Below are positions 1 to 12,252 of a stretch of 64,000 nt of DNA, in pieces (position 1 is the stretch's first letter; each line of letters starts with the position of its first letter). Origin of the DNA: Octopus sinensis (taxonomy: Eukaryota); the NCBI RefSeq assembly GCF_006345805.1, contig NC_042999.1, forward strand, positions 45,136,001 to 45,200,000. Direction: 5' to 3'. Both the position numbers and the translations under genes were made by a program. Under the pieces are notes generated by a model. It made no database searches. It was not told the DNA's origin and saw nothing but the letters and a program-made list of their open reading frames with translations.

Positions 1-112
1 CTGGGATTTATTTTGATAACTGCAAATAGGAAAAGAAATAAAGCAAAAGGTTTACACTTTTCTTCGTTCGATTATAAATCTTGATATAATAAGATTGTAA
101 TTTACAAATACC

Positions 113-183
113 ATGAACTGCCACCAGCCCCACTGCCAATATCATATTCATCTCTACATGACCTCATCACCTGCTATCACCCC

Positions 184-223
<40 letters not shown>

Positions 224-513
224 TTCATTGTAATACTCATCATCAGAATCACCTCCACCACTCTCCATTGCTCTTACCTCTGCATGTCCATTTTCAGGGT
301 TATGAAGATGACCACTGCCACCGATGCCACCACTGCCGCCGCCGCCACCACCACCACCACCACCACCACCACTACAACCATTATCATCATGATTGCAATC
401 ATCATAATTTCTGCCATTCCTCATTGCCCCACCCCCTGCACCCCCATTGTTATGATCATCATTGTCATCATCATGATCATCCTCCTCTTTGCCATCATCA
501 TCATCACCACCAC

Positions 514-571
<58 letters not shown>

Positions 572-905
572 TTCATTGTAATACTCATCATCAGAATCAC
601 CTCCACCACTCTCCATTGCTCTTACCTCTGCATGTCCATTTTCAGGGTTATGAAGATGACCACTGCCACCGATGCCACCACTGCCGCCGCCGCCACCACC
701 ACCACCACCACCACCACCACCACTACAACCATTATCATCATGATCGCAATCATCATAATTTCTGCCATTCCTCATTGCCCCACCCCCTGCACCCCCATTG
801 TTATGATCATCATTGTCATCATCATGATCATCCTCCTCTTTGCCATCATCATCATCACCACCACCATCATCATCATCATCATCATCATTCATCATCATCA
901 TCATC
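113..905. repeat. Compound (CAT)n/(CAC)n microsatellite containing a 348-bp tandem duplication
   Basis: The unique anchor TTCATTGTAATACTC occurs at 224 and 572, and the units are near-identical. The His/Ile/Asp-rich ORFs are repeat translations. Confidence 0.9.
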
Positions 906-1324
906 ATTATCACATCAACACAGGCTGTACCATTTAACAATGGACCGCCAACATTTCTACACTGAGGAAGGAATCTCTTGGTCCATTGAGAAAGCCTCAA
1001 TATTGTCCCTTAGCCTGTTAGAAGTAGCAACCAAATTTCCTTCAAACCACACTTCACTTTATTAGCAAAAATTAAAAAGGAAAAATATGTTGGATGATAT
1101 GTTCTTGTAACTCTAAATCAGAAGAATAATAAGATTGTGGCATCTAGGACACCTTTGATTACAGGTTTGCTTGATTGGGCTTGACCAGTGGCTATATAAT
1201 AACAAAAAACAAAAAAAAACAACCAGAACCAAAATATCAACAAAATCAACAATATCTATAATTTTCCACACACTGAAATTTGCAGAGATTCGTTAGAAAC
1301 ATAGCTTGATTGCTTCAATTTGCT

Positions 1325-1593
1325 TTAAACCTTTAGCATACAGATTACTCTGTCAATTGTAATATTTGTTTATTTATTCACATAGTTTTGAATTAATCAT
1401 GGAGTATCTCATAGCTTTGAGATTTCAATGATGTGATTGTTTGTTTTTAGAGTGACATTGCAGGAGAAAATGTGAGGTGTAGGAGTGGCTGTGTGGTAAG
1501 TAGCTTGCTTACCAACCACATGGTTCTGGGTTCAGTCCCACTGTGTGGCACTTTGGATTTAGTAGACGGAAACTGAAAGAAGCCCGTCGTATG

Positions 1594-1626
<33 letters not shown>

Positions 1627-1860
1627 GTTTGTGTGTGTCTGTGTTTGTCTCCCCAACATCGCTTGACAACCAATGGTGGTGTGTTTATGTCCCCGTAACT
1701 TAGCGGTTTGGCAAAAGAGACCGATTGAATAAGTACTAGGCTTCAAAAGAATAAGTCCTGGGGTCGATTTGCTCCACTAAAGAGTGTAAAGACCAGTTTA
1801 AACATAAAACAGGTAGAATGTTTGAACTGGATGTGGCCAGCTTAAGTACTAAAAGGTTGA
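1325..1860. mobile_element. TTAA-type (piggyBac-like) MITE interrupted by a SINE
   Basis: Ends TTAAACCTTTAGCA and TACTAAAAGGTTGAA are imperfect inverted termini. A related fragment lies at ~30835-30925. Confidence 0.55.
1476..1781 (+). mobile_element. tRNA-derived SINE family A (CORE-like, internal (TA)n/(TG)n)
   Basis: Head GGAGTGGCTGTGTGGTAAG (A box) and GGGTTCAGTCCC (B box). About 10 copies are in the window. This copy has an internal deletion. Confidence 0.85.
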
Positions 1861-2929
1861 ACTACACAGCATATGAGCTACAAAAATTGCTTGAGCTAAG
1901 AAGAGCATACCGTCCTGTTGCCTCAGATCCACATGGATCCAGGAGCTCAGGACTAATCTATGCATGATGTGGCTTGCTGTCAATAAATAAATAATATTAT
2001 TCTCAGTGCACTGGGTTTACCTCAGGGTCTATTACAGTGTTAAGATAGGCTTATCTCTGTGTCCATCTATAAACAATATTAGCATAACATAATATGTCCG
2101 GAAAATGAGGGAACCTGTACATAATTATGCACTCTGGTAGATATAGCAGCCAAATTTCCCTGTAATCACATCCTACCATTTTCAGAAAGGAAATCCAGCA
2201 CACATATATATAGAACATGCTTCTTTCAGTTTTTATCTACTAAATCCACTCACGAGGCTTTAGAAAAAAAGATGGGCTGAATACAGCTGGAACATTTTTG
2301 GTTATAGGTCTAATGGATCAGTATTGGCTTTGGGCTAAGTAACTATGAGCCACTAAGCTGCTATAGAGCCATCCTAACACAACCACCTCTTTGATATGAT
2401 TCACATAGACTAAAAACAAACACTCATGCTAAAATACCGAACATATATTTATTGATTGTGATGATGCATGTTTAGTTGCTTGATCCCATCACCACTATCA
2501 CTTACTTTTGAGTAACCAACTAACAAAACAACAATAGTATCAGTTTGATAGCAATATCTGTAGCTACATATGTTGTATGTCAACAGAATGATATGTGTAT
2601 GTGGGAATAAAGTGTAGAAGTTTTATGGTTCAAGTCAGAGATGGAAGGATAGAAGTGCTTATGAGCTATTTGTAATTACACAGCATTTCCTATCACCTTA
2701 TACCTTCACCCTTTTATCTTCTCGTTTCCATTTTTACATCCATTGGAATAAGGCAACCTTGGTGGGGCTCTCATAAAAGAATTCTTTCATGATGCTGTTT
2801 TAAAAATTATATATTTGTTGTGAATAACTGCTGACTGTTGCAATTGTTGGACTGAACCATACTTCAAGATTTTTGGAAAGAAGCTATCAAGTGAAACTTA
2901 ATTCAGTAATGCAAAGTGGAACCATAAAG

Positions 2930-3610
2930 GGACAACACTTGATATTAAATCTGATATTTTAAAAAAGCTTGATTTAGGAGAGAAAAATCAGCCACTTGAC
3001 TTACAATGTCTACAGTGAGAGCAACATGTGGCAATAAAGAGAAAAATTAACTCAAGTGTTTAAGAAGCTATTCCATTAACTGCTTTATCTTTCATATACA
3101 TCTTCCAAGGGGATGCTTAAAGTAGAATGGATCTTGAATGTATGGACCAAGGATAAGACTTGACATAATGTGCTAATATGCACAATGGTAATTAAAAATG
3201 AAAAATTTTAAATGCTTGTATAATGATCTTCAGAAAAGGTAGGGTTAAACTTCAAATGAAAATCCTCTTTTGATTAGTAAAGGCTGGTTAAAAAGGCTTC
3301 AAAAGTGCTTCACTTTTACATAACATAAAAATAATCAGTGAAGCAGCCAATGTTGATACAAAGGCTACTACTAATTATCCTGAGCAGCTCAGAAAAAAAA
3401 AAAATTATTGTTGGAGGAAGCTACACATCACAGCAGGCATACAATGATGATAAAACTGCATTTTATTTCCGAGATTTAAAGCTTCCAAAAATTGTCAGAT
3501 GTTTCTTCTGGAAGGAAATGCCAGTGGTAAAATGAAATTAAAATCTGTACTTGTGTATCACTCCAAAAATCCAAAGAGTTTCAAGGGTTATGCAAAGTTT
3601 AATTGGTTTA
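2930..3610 (+). pseudogene. Decayed Tigger/pogo transposase
   Basis: Frameshifted peptides SKGWLKR, EAANVDTKATTNYPEQL..GGSYTSQQAYNDDKTAFYF and KASK..GNASGKMKLKSVLVYHSKNPKSFKGYAK match Tigger1-type HTH/DDE motifs. Confidence 0.85.
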
Positions 3611-3919
3611 TTCAGAGAACAAATTATTCTTCTATACTATTCACAAAAGAATAGATAAGTTAGTATTGATATATCTACTGAACGAAAGATTAAAATGTAA
3701 ATTAGAAATAGTTACATGTTGAAAGGAATAGATAGATATACTGATAGTCAAGCTATTCAATACATAAGTAGTGAGAGAGATGGATAGATAATCAGATTGG
3801 TAGGTTAGTGTTAACTTATCTGATATAGGGAACATTAAAATGCTAGCTAGAAATTATTATATAGTGAGACAGATACACAGACATATATTTACATAGAGCA
3901 GTTAGTGTTTATATTGTCC

Positions 3920-4140
3920 TCATCACCATCAAAATTTAATGTTAGTTTTTCCATGCTAGCATGGGTTGGACAGTTTCACAGGAACTGGCAGGGCCACAGG
4001 TTGAACCAGGTACCATAGTCTGTCTGGTTTGGTTTCTAAGGCTGGATGTCCTTCCTAATGCCAACCAACCACTTAAGAGAGTGTACTGAGTGATTTTTAC
4101 ATGGCACCAGCACCCACACCAATGATTTTTACGTGACACC
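3920..4140 (-). mobile_element. Old 3' end of the RTE LINE family
   Basis: CCATGCTAGCATGGGTTGGAC and GGATGTCCTTCCTAATGCCAACC match the 3' terminus of the 22133-26016 element. Confidence 0.8.
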
Positions 4141-4465
4141 TTGGGTTTAAGATCTCAGTTCTATTGTGGTGGGTAGGTCTTCTTGAGAACAGCAATGCAC
4201 CACATACCCTGGTCTGCTGTCATCTCGTTTCTAAGGCACAGCATTTATATATTTAATGTTAAAAGTATCAGAAAGGATGCTAGAAATAATTATATTCTGG
4301 ATAAAAAAAACCCAAAAATATAATTGTATAATATTACATTATTTACATTTGATTTTGATTTTGATTTTTCCAGTTTCAGCTAATGAGCTGTGGCCATGCT
4401 GGGGCACCGCCATTTTGCTGGGGCACCGCCATTTATGGAGATTTGTCCTCATCTTGTTTGTTGTT

Positions 4466-4511
4466 AACACAACATTTCGGCTGATATACCCTCCAGGCTT
4501 CATCAAGTGTC
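4466..4511 (-). ncRNA. Minimal type-I hammerhead ribozyme motif (decayed)
   Basis: Minus strand: GACAC-TTGATGA-AGCCTG..CAGCC-GAAA-TGTT-GTGTT. It shows C3>U and CpG decay of the inferred consensus GAAACGTT. Confidence 0.7.
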
Positions 4512-4560
4512 TTGGGGAAATTTCTAACCTGGATTCTCATTCCTAAGGTATTTTTTCGAT

Positions 4561-4867
4561 GTTGGCATGTAAAAAGCACCATCCGATTGTGGCCATTGCC
4601 AGCCTCACCTGGCCCCCATGCCGGTGGCACGTAAAAAGCACCATCCGATCGTGGCTGTTTGCCAGCCTTGTCTGGCACCTGTGCTGATGGCACGTAAAAG
4701 CACCCACTACACTCACGGAGTGGTTGGCGTTAGGAAGGGCATCCAGCCATAGAAACATTGCCAGATCAGACTGGGCCTGGTGCAGACTTCTGGCTTCCCA
4801 GACCCCAGTTGAACCGTCCAACCCATACTAGCATGGAAAGAGGACGCTAAACGATGATGATGATGAT
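4561..4867 (+). mobile_element. RTE LINE 3' fragment with (GAT)n tail
   Basis: GGCACGTAAAAAGCACC repeats, GGCGTTAGGAAGGGCATCC and TAAACGATGATGAT; inserted into the (ATT)n spacer. Confidence 0.9.
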
Positions 4868-4888
4868 TATTATTATTATTATTATTAT

Positions 4889-4972
4889 TCAGGTCACTGC
4901 CTGGAATCGAATTTGGAATCTTGGGGTTAGTAGCCTGCACTCTTAACCACTATGCCATATGCCCGTGGGCAT
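4889..4972 (-). other. tRNA-like Pol III head (SINE-type), not a functional tRNA
   Basis: Minus strand: TGGCATAGTGG (A box) ... AAATTCGATTCC (degenerate B box), preceded by the hairpin ATGCCC-AC-GGGCAT. Confidence 0.7.
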
Positions 4973-4985
4973 AATAATAATAATG

Positions 4986-5016
<31 letters not shown>

Positions 5017-5087
5017 TAATAATAATAATAATAATAACATCGGAAAAATACCTTAGGAATGAGAACCCAAGTTAGAAATTTCCCCAA

Positions 5088-5133
5088 GACACCTGATGAA
5101 AGCTGGGGGGTATATCAGCTGAAACATTGTGTT
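5088..5133 (+). ncRNA. Minimal type-I hammerhead ribozyme motif
   Basis: GACAC-CTGATGA-A-AGCTG(gggggtatat)CAGCT-GAAA-CATT-GTGTT. The core is intact; stem III shows CpG decay (CGTT>CATT). Confidence 0.8.
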
Positions 5134-5671
5134 AAAAACAAACAAGATGAAGACAAATTTCCATCAAAAGCAAATAATGAAAATAATGTACACAATTCTT
5201 CATCTCTTAAATATAGAACTATATAATATTATTTTGATTCTTTCAGCAAACACAAAAGACATATCTTAATATGTCTCAGACTTTAGAAGACTTCCTCAGA
5301 AAAGTATATACTTCACCATGTCATAAAATGCTTCTTCATATTTGAACTGTAACTTTTATGTGATAGTTCAACTTGAGCTCAACTTTCCTTGGCTATACAA
5401 TTATGGATAGATATACAAATGAGTAGGTTTGTATTAACTTATTTAATATAGGGGACATCAAAATAGTAGCTAGAAATAATTGCATGGTGAGACAAACACA
5501 GAGATAGATTTTCATATTGGTCAGTTAGTATTAATATACTTAATGTGAAGAATGTCAGAAAGGTTACTAGAAAAAATTATGTACTGAAGAAAAAAATATC
5601 CCAAACATTCATAACTGTACAATATTTTGCTTATTTTAGCAAGCACAAGAGATAACTCTTAACATGCCACC

Positions 5672-5992
5672 TTAATAATAATAGTAATAGTAATAATAAT
5701 AATAATAATAACAATAATAATAGTAATAATAATAATAATAACAACAACAATAATAATAGTAATAATAATAGTAATAGTAATAATAATAATAATAATAACA
5801 ACAATAATAATAATAGTAATAGTAATAATAATAATAATAACAACAACAACAATAATAGTAATAATAATAGTAATAATAATAGTAATAATAATAATAATAA
5901 TAGTAATAGTAATAATAATAATAATAACAACAACAACAATAATAGTAATAATAATAGTAATAATAATAGTAATAATAATAATAATAATAGTA

Positions 5993-6038
<46 letters not shown>

Positions 6039-6047
6039 TAATAATAA
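5672..6047. repeat. (AAT)n microsatellite with AGT/AAC variants
   Basis: Seen directly; explains the poly-L/poly-Y ORFs. Confidence 0.98.
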
Positions 6048-6049
6048 AT

Positions 6050-6540
6050 CATATGGATAAAAATGAACAAAAAGAACAAAAATCATATGAACAAAAATGT
6101 AGAAGCTACACCTGGATCCTCAACATTACACACGGCCCCAAACAATAGCCCTGCTAGGAGCAGCCCACATCTTATGCAAGACACTATCAATCCAATGATA
6201 CAACCTAGACAAAACAACTCAGAAATACGAGACACACTCTATACAACATTTACCCAGTGAAATAAACACCCACCAGCAATCCAGAAAACCAAAGCATTAC
6301 ACACTCAACACAAAATACAAGCAGTAACACAACAAAAGACAGCACCACACCTCAAGGAGAAAATAGCTAACACAATACAGTACTGGGAAGAGTTTTCACA
6401 CTCCTAATGGCAGAAAAAAAAAACACACAATGCCACACACATACCAGCAAAATGAAGGTGTAGCAGGTGATGCAGTAGAAATTTACCTCAATCTACCAAA
6501 TATTGAACAGTTATATCATAATATAGTAGTAGTAGTAGTA

Positions 6541-6577
<37 letters not shown>

Positions 6578-6794
6578 TCCTTTCTACTGGAGGCACAAGG
6601 CCTCAAATTTGTGGGGAGGGGACTAGTTGATTGCATTGACCCCTAGCGTTTCACTGGTACTTAATCTATTGACCTCAAAAGGATGAACGGCAAAGTCCAT
6701 CTTGGTGGAAATTGAACTCAGAACGTAGTGATGGGCAAAACGCCACTTAGCATTTCATCCACTGTGCTAACAATTCTGCCAGCTCACCGCCTTA

Positions 6795-6852
<58 letters not shown>

Positions 6853-7354
6853 CAATAATAATAATCATATGGATAAAAATGAACAAAAAGAACAAAAATC
6901 ATATGAACAAAAATGTAGAAGCTACACCTGGATCCTCAACATTACACACGGCCCCAAACAATAGCCCTGCTAGGAGCAGCCCACATCTTATGCAAGACAC
7001 TATCAATCCAATGATACAACCTAGACAAAACAACTCAGAAATACGAGACACACTCTATACAACATTTACCCAGTGAAATAAACACCCACCAGCAATCCAG
7101 AAAACCAAAGCATTACACACTCAACACAAAATACAAGCAGTAACACAACAAAAGACAGCACCACACCTCAAGGAGAAAATAGCTAACACAATACAGTACT
7201 GGGAAGAGTTTTCACACTCCTAATGGCAGAAAAAAACACACAATGCCACACACATACCAGCAAAATGAAGGTGTAGCAGGTGATGCAGTAGAAATTTACC
7301 TCAATCTACCAAATATTGAACAGTTATATCATAATATTAGTAGTAGTAGTAGTA

Positions 7355-7391
<37 letters not shown>

Positions 7392-7610
7392 TCCTTTCTA
7401 CTGGAGGCACAAGGCCTCAAATTTGTGGGGAGGGGACTAGTTGATTGCATTGACCCCTAGCGTTTCACTGGTACTTAATCTATTGACCTCAAAAGGATGA
7501 ACGGCAAAGTCCATCTTGGTGGAAATTGAACTCAGAACGTAGTGATGGGCAAAACGCCACTTAGCATTTCATCCACTGTGCTAACAATTCTGCCAGCTCA
7601 CCGCCTTAGT
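6050..7610. repeat. 816-bp tandem duplication (A/C-rich segment + SINE B) bounded by (AAT)n
   Basis: CATATGGATAAAAATG occurs at 6050 and 6866. The units differ essentially only in homopolymer and microsatellite length. Confidence 0.95.
6578..6795 (-). mobile_element. tRNA-derived SINE family B
   Basis: Minus-strand head GGCGGTGAGCTGGCAGAATTGTTAGCAC and GTTCTGAGTTCAATT. Further copies at ~7390-7608, 7688-7885, 8490-8595, 9190-9400, 16188-16347, 19051-19281 and 53965-54178. Confidence 0.85.
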
Positions 7611-7623
7611 AATAATAATAATA

Positions 7624-7686
<63 letters not shown>

Positions 7687-7892
7687 TAGTTTCAAATTTT
7701 GCCACATGGGCAGCCACTTTGGGGAAGGGGATGAGTTGATTACATCAACCCCAGTGTTTCACTGGTACTTAATTTATTGACCCCAAAAGGATGAAAGGCA
7801 AAGTTGAACTCAGAATGAAGTGACAGACAAGATTCCACTCAGCTTTTTGCTTAGTGTGCTAATGATTCTGCCAGCTTGCCACCTTTGTAATA

Positions 7893-8420
7893 ATGCCCTG
7901 ATGCAGTACCAGGCACTGGCTCTCATGGTTTCTGAATTTAACTGATTGGAAGTGTTATCATGTATATGTTTTGTCTTGGTATAAAAGATGGGCTACTGCA
8001 AATATTCTGCTCAGTACCACAGATTTGCTTGTCAGTTGTTTGACTTTAACCAGTTGAGCATGTTCCTTAGTGGCTGAAAACATGTGCATCTCTGATCATA
8101 AGCAGGAGTAGTGGGGGAGCATCATAGCCATGTGTTGATAGGAATACTTTGGAGTTTGAATAATTCACCATGGGAAACATGGGTGTTTCATTCATTATCC
8201 TCAAACAACCCTTATTCAGAGACATTTTGAGTAGGATGGACCCCCACTTGCAAGATCATGCACTGTTTATCTTGATATGAGATCACCATGTTATGCACAC
8301 GTAGTTATGATGCAAGTACCTGGTGTACTCTTATCAGAAGGGTAGTTGTAATGGGTATAATGGGCTTCGTATATTTGTTTCCCAGTGTTACTTTGATGGC
8401 ATGCACTGCCCTCTCTCTCG
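7893..8420 (+). mobile_element. ~530-bp non-coding interspersed element inserted in (TAA)n
   Basis: Reverse complement of 37502-38046 with the same two ends; no ORF evident. Confidence 0.85.
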
Positions 8421-8596
8421 ATAACAATAATAATAACATTTTTCACTCTGTCCAGTAGGCTTCCATTTGTCCAGCAACTGACTTATAATCCTTTTTATTA
8501 TCAGCACCAGGTCTGAAATTCCAGGTGAGGGGACTAGTTGATTACATTAGCTCCAGTGCTCAACTGGTACTAGTTCCATTGACCCCCAAAAGGATT

Positions 8597-8824
8597 CTAT
8601 TTTACTCTTTTCTCTTTTACTTGTTTCAGTCATTTGACTGTGGCCATGCTGGAGCACCGCCTTTAGTTGAGCAAATCGACCCCAAGACTTATTCTTAGTA
8701 AGCCTAGTAACTTATTCTATTGGTATCTTTTGCTGAACTGCTAAGTTACGGGTATGTAAACACACCAGCATTTGTCAAGCGATGTTGGGGGGACAAACAC
8801 AGACACACAAACATATACACACAC

Positions 8825-8877
<53 letters not shown>

Positions 8878-9050
8878 TATATACATATATACAACGGGCT
8901 TCTTTCAGTTTCCGCCTACCAAATCCACTCACAAGGCTTTGGTCGGCCTGAGGCTATAGTAGAAGACACTTGCCCAAGGTGCCACGTAGTAGGACTGAAC
9001 CCGGAACCATGTGGTTGTTAAGCAAGCTACTTACCACATAGCCACTCCTA
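8597..9050 (-). mobile_element. SINE family A
   Basis: Full-length copy with CCTTGGGCAAGTGTCTTCT (CORE-like) on the minus strand and an internal (TA)n. Confidence 0.9.
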
Positions 9051-9434
9051 CTATGCTTGACATGACAAAGTTAGCATTGGTGTAACTTGAACTCAGAATG
9101 GAAAGACAGATGGGATGCTACTAAGCATTTCATCCATTGTGCTAATGATTTTCCCAGCTTGCCATCATGACTGAGCTATATAATAATGATTTTAAATTTT
9201 AGCACAAGGCCAGCAATTTAGGGAAGGTGTTAAGTTGATTACATTGATCTCAATATTCAACTGGGACTTAGTTTATTGACACAAAGGAGGCAAGGCAAAA
9301 TCTACCATAGCATACATTGAACTCAGTGCATAAAGCCAGATGAAATACCATTTAGCATTTTGCATGGCATGCTAATAATTCTGCAAACTTATTACCTTAA
9401 ACTGACCTGTATATCATAGTAATACAATAGATAA

Positions 9435-9737
9435 TGTTGTTGTTTGTTCCTTTTCAAGCCATGTCTGGCTCATAAGGGCTGGTTTCCCGGTTTCAATGGT
9501 GTATAAGTTGCCCACCTGGACTGGATGCCGGTCCATCACAAGTGAGCTGCTAGATGCAGGAGGAAAGAGTGAAAGAAAGCTGTGGTGAAAGAGTCAGCAG
9601 AAGTTCGCCATTACTTTCTGCCATACGGAGCTTGGTGTTTTGCTCATAAACACACACATTGCCTGGTATGAGATTCAAACCCACGATCCTTCGACTTCAA
9701 GTCTGCTGCTCTAACCACTAGTCCATGTGCCTTCACA
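9435..9737 (-). mobile_element. tRNA-derived SINE family C
   Basis: Minus-strand head GTGAAGGCACATGGACTAGTGGTTAGAGC..GGGTTTGAATCTC. Related copies at 21137-21330, 21765-22102, 29450-29705, 30116-30260, 30578-30830 and 51978-52231. Confidence 0.8.
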
Positions 9738-10345
9738 CATCATCACCATCATCATTATCCTCGTTTAATGTTCGTTTTCCATGCTAGCATGGGTTGGATG
9801 ATTTGACTGAGGTCTGGCAAACCACATGGCTGCACCAGACTCCAATCTGATCTAGCATAGTTTCTACAGATAAATGCCCTTCCTAATGCCAACCACTCTG
9901 AGAGTGTAGTGGGTGCTTTTACGTGCCACCGGCATGTGGGCCAGTCAGGCGGTACTGGCAACGCCCATGCTCAAATGGTGCTTACTATGTGCCACCTGCA
10001 CAGGAGCCAGTCCAGCAGCACTGGCAACGACCTCACTTGAATGTTTCTTTACGTGCCACCAGCACAAGTGCTAGTAAGGTGACACAGGTAACGATCACGC
10101 TCAAATGGTGTTTTTAATGTGCCATCGGCATGGAGGCCAGCTTGTTGCTCTGGCAACGATCATGCTCGTATGGTACTCTTAGCGTCCCACTAGCACGGAT
10201 GCCAGTCATCGAATTTGATTTCGATTTCAATTTCACTTGCCTCAACAGGTCTTTGCAAGCAGAGTTTAGTTTCCAATGAAGGAAAGGCATGCATAAGTGG
10301 CCTGGTTACACCCCTGGCATAGGCCACAAGGTTATGGTCTCACTT
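9738..10345 (-). mobile_element. RTE LINE 3' UTR fragment
   Basis: (CAT)n tail, CCATGCTAGCATGGGTTGG and internal GTGCCACC repeats; matches 23150-23220 and the start of the 3' UTR. Confidence 0.85.
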
Positions 10346-11249
10346 GCGCTTGCCGAGATAATAACACAAAATAATAATGATTTTTCTTTTATTCATTTGT
10401 TGGTTTCAGCCATTTGACTTTGGCCTTGCTGGAGCATTGATTTCAAGCATTTAGTTTAACATATTGATACCTCACCTAGTGCTTATTCTAGTCGAGCACT
10501 TCTTTAATCAGTATCTATTTGTTGAACTGGAAAGTTATGATATATAAAAAGATCGAGTATAATTGCAATATGAACACAGCATTTACACACACACATGTAC
10601 ACACACACATGCACACACACACACACACATGCATGTCACAAGTGAAAACACATGTGGGTTTTCCTCTACCAAATTTGATGCACGACCCCAGGGTATAAAA
10701 AAACAGAAATACCTGCCCAAATTATCATATGCTGGGATTGAACTTGGGACTATGTTTCAGCAAAGCAATGATCTTGATAACGTGATTGTGGGATATTACT
10801 TTATTTATACCTCTTTTGCAAGGAATTTGAGTTTTATTTCCCTCGACAATGTAAAGAAATAACACGAAAAGATTCAGACAAAAACTACGCAAAGGCCAGA
10901 AATAGAGGCCAATGTGTAATATATGTATGAGTGGAGGAGAAGAAATATAATTTTCTCTTGCACACACACACACACACTATATATATCTCTCTCACTCCAT
11001 ATACATACTTACCTACTTACATACATACATGCTTACATATATACACACGCATGCATACATCCATCCATCCATCCATCCATACATACATATACATACATAC
11101 AGTGCATACATACATGTGTGTGTGAGTGCGCCAATATGGAAAAAGCAGATGTAAAAAAGCTGGTGATGATGATCATCATCAATACATGTGTGTGTGTGTG
11201 CGTGTTTGTGTAAATATATATTAACACATGTTTGTGTGTGTGTGTGTAT

Positions 11250-11316
<67 letters not shown>

Positions 11317-11399
11317 AATAATCAACATGAACATCACCATGATGATGATGATGATGATGACGATTATGATCATGATCATGAAAACTCATTGGTGTATGT

Positions 11400-11569
11400 G
11401 CGTGTGTGTGTGTGTGTGTGTGTATTGATAATCAACACGAACATCACGATAATATGATGATGATGATGATAATGATGATGATGATGATGATCGCGATCAT
11501 AATCATTCTTTTTACATCCGCTGTTTCCATACTGGAACACATATGTACCTAAACATACGTACACAAACA

Positions 11570-11608
<39 letters not shown>

Positions 11609-11980
11609 AGCTCTCATCCACACACACATGTATATGCACGCATCTGAGATGATAGTAATTTTGATTGTATTTGTATTATAATGTTTGCTTTACTGCATTG
11701 AAAAAAATGCAAAAATATGCATCTGTAATGTGTGCGTATATTTGCTTGTGTGTGTGTTGTGTGTATGTGTGTATATTTGCACATGTGTGTGGGATATGTT
11801 TGTGTGTGTGTGTGTGTGTGGTGTGTGTGTGTGTATTGATAATCAACACGAACATCACGATAATATGATGATGATGATGATAATGATGATGATGATGATG
11901 ATCGCGATCATAATCATTCTTTTTACATCCGCTGTTTCCATACTGGAACACATATGTACCTAAACATACGTACACAAACA

Positions 11981-12027
<47 letters not shown>

Positions 12028-12215
12028 AGCTCTCATCCACACACACATGTATATGCACGCATCTGAGATGATAGTAATTTTGATTGTATTTGTATTATAA
12101 TGTTTGCTTTACTGCATTGAAAAAAATGCAAAAATATGCATCTGTAATGTGTGCGTATATTTGCTTGTGTGTGTGTTGTGTGTATGTGTGTATATTTGCA
12201 CATGTGTGTGGGATA

Positions 12216-12250
<35 letters not shown>
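11400..12250. repeat. ~411-419-bp tandem duplication bounded by (GT)n
   Basis: TGTATTGATAATCAACACG occurs at 11421 and 11832; the unique parts are identical. Confidence 0.95.

Positions 12251-12252
<2 letters not shown>

Larger units (their letters stand above)
4334..5220. mobile_element. Palindromic non-coding element: two inverted hammerhead-bearing arms around a tRNA-like core flanked by (ATT)n/(AAT)n
   Basis: 4438-4560 is the reverse complement of 5038-5160, and 4334-4353 matches ~5165-5190. The centre 4889-4972 is tRNA-like. Later insertions lie at 4354-4436 and 4561-4867. Confidence 0.8.

Noticed and set aside
113-1065. 274/277/265-aa ORFs
   Set aside because: Translations of CAT/CAC microsatellites, open in several frames on both strands.
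4889-4972. tRNA gene
   Set aside because: Degenerate B box and acceptor stem, embedded in a repeat; SINE-type head only.
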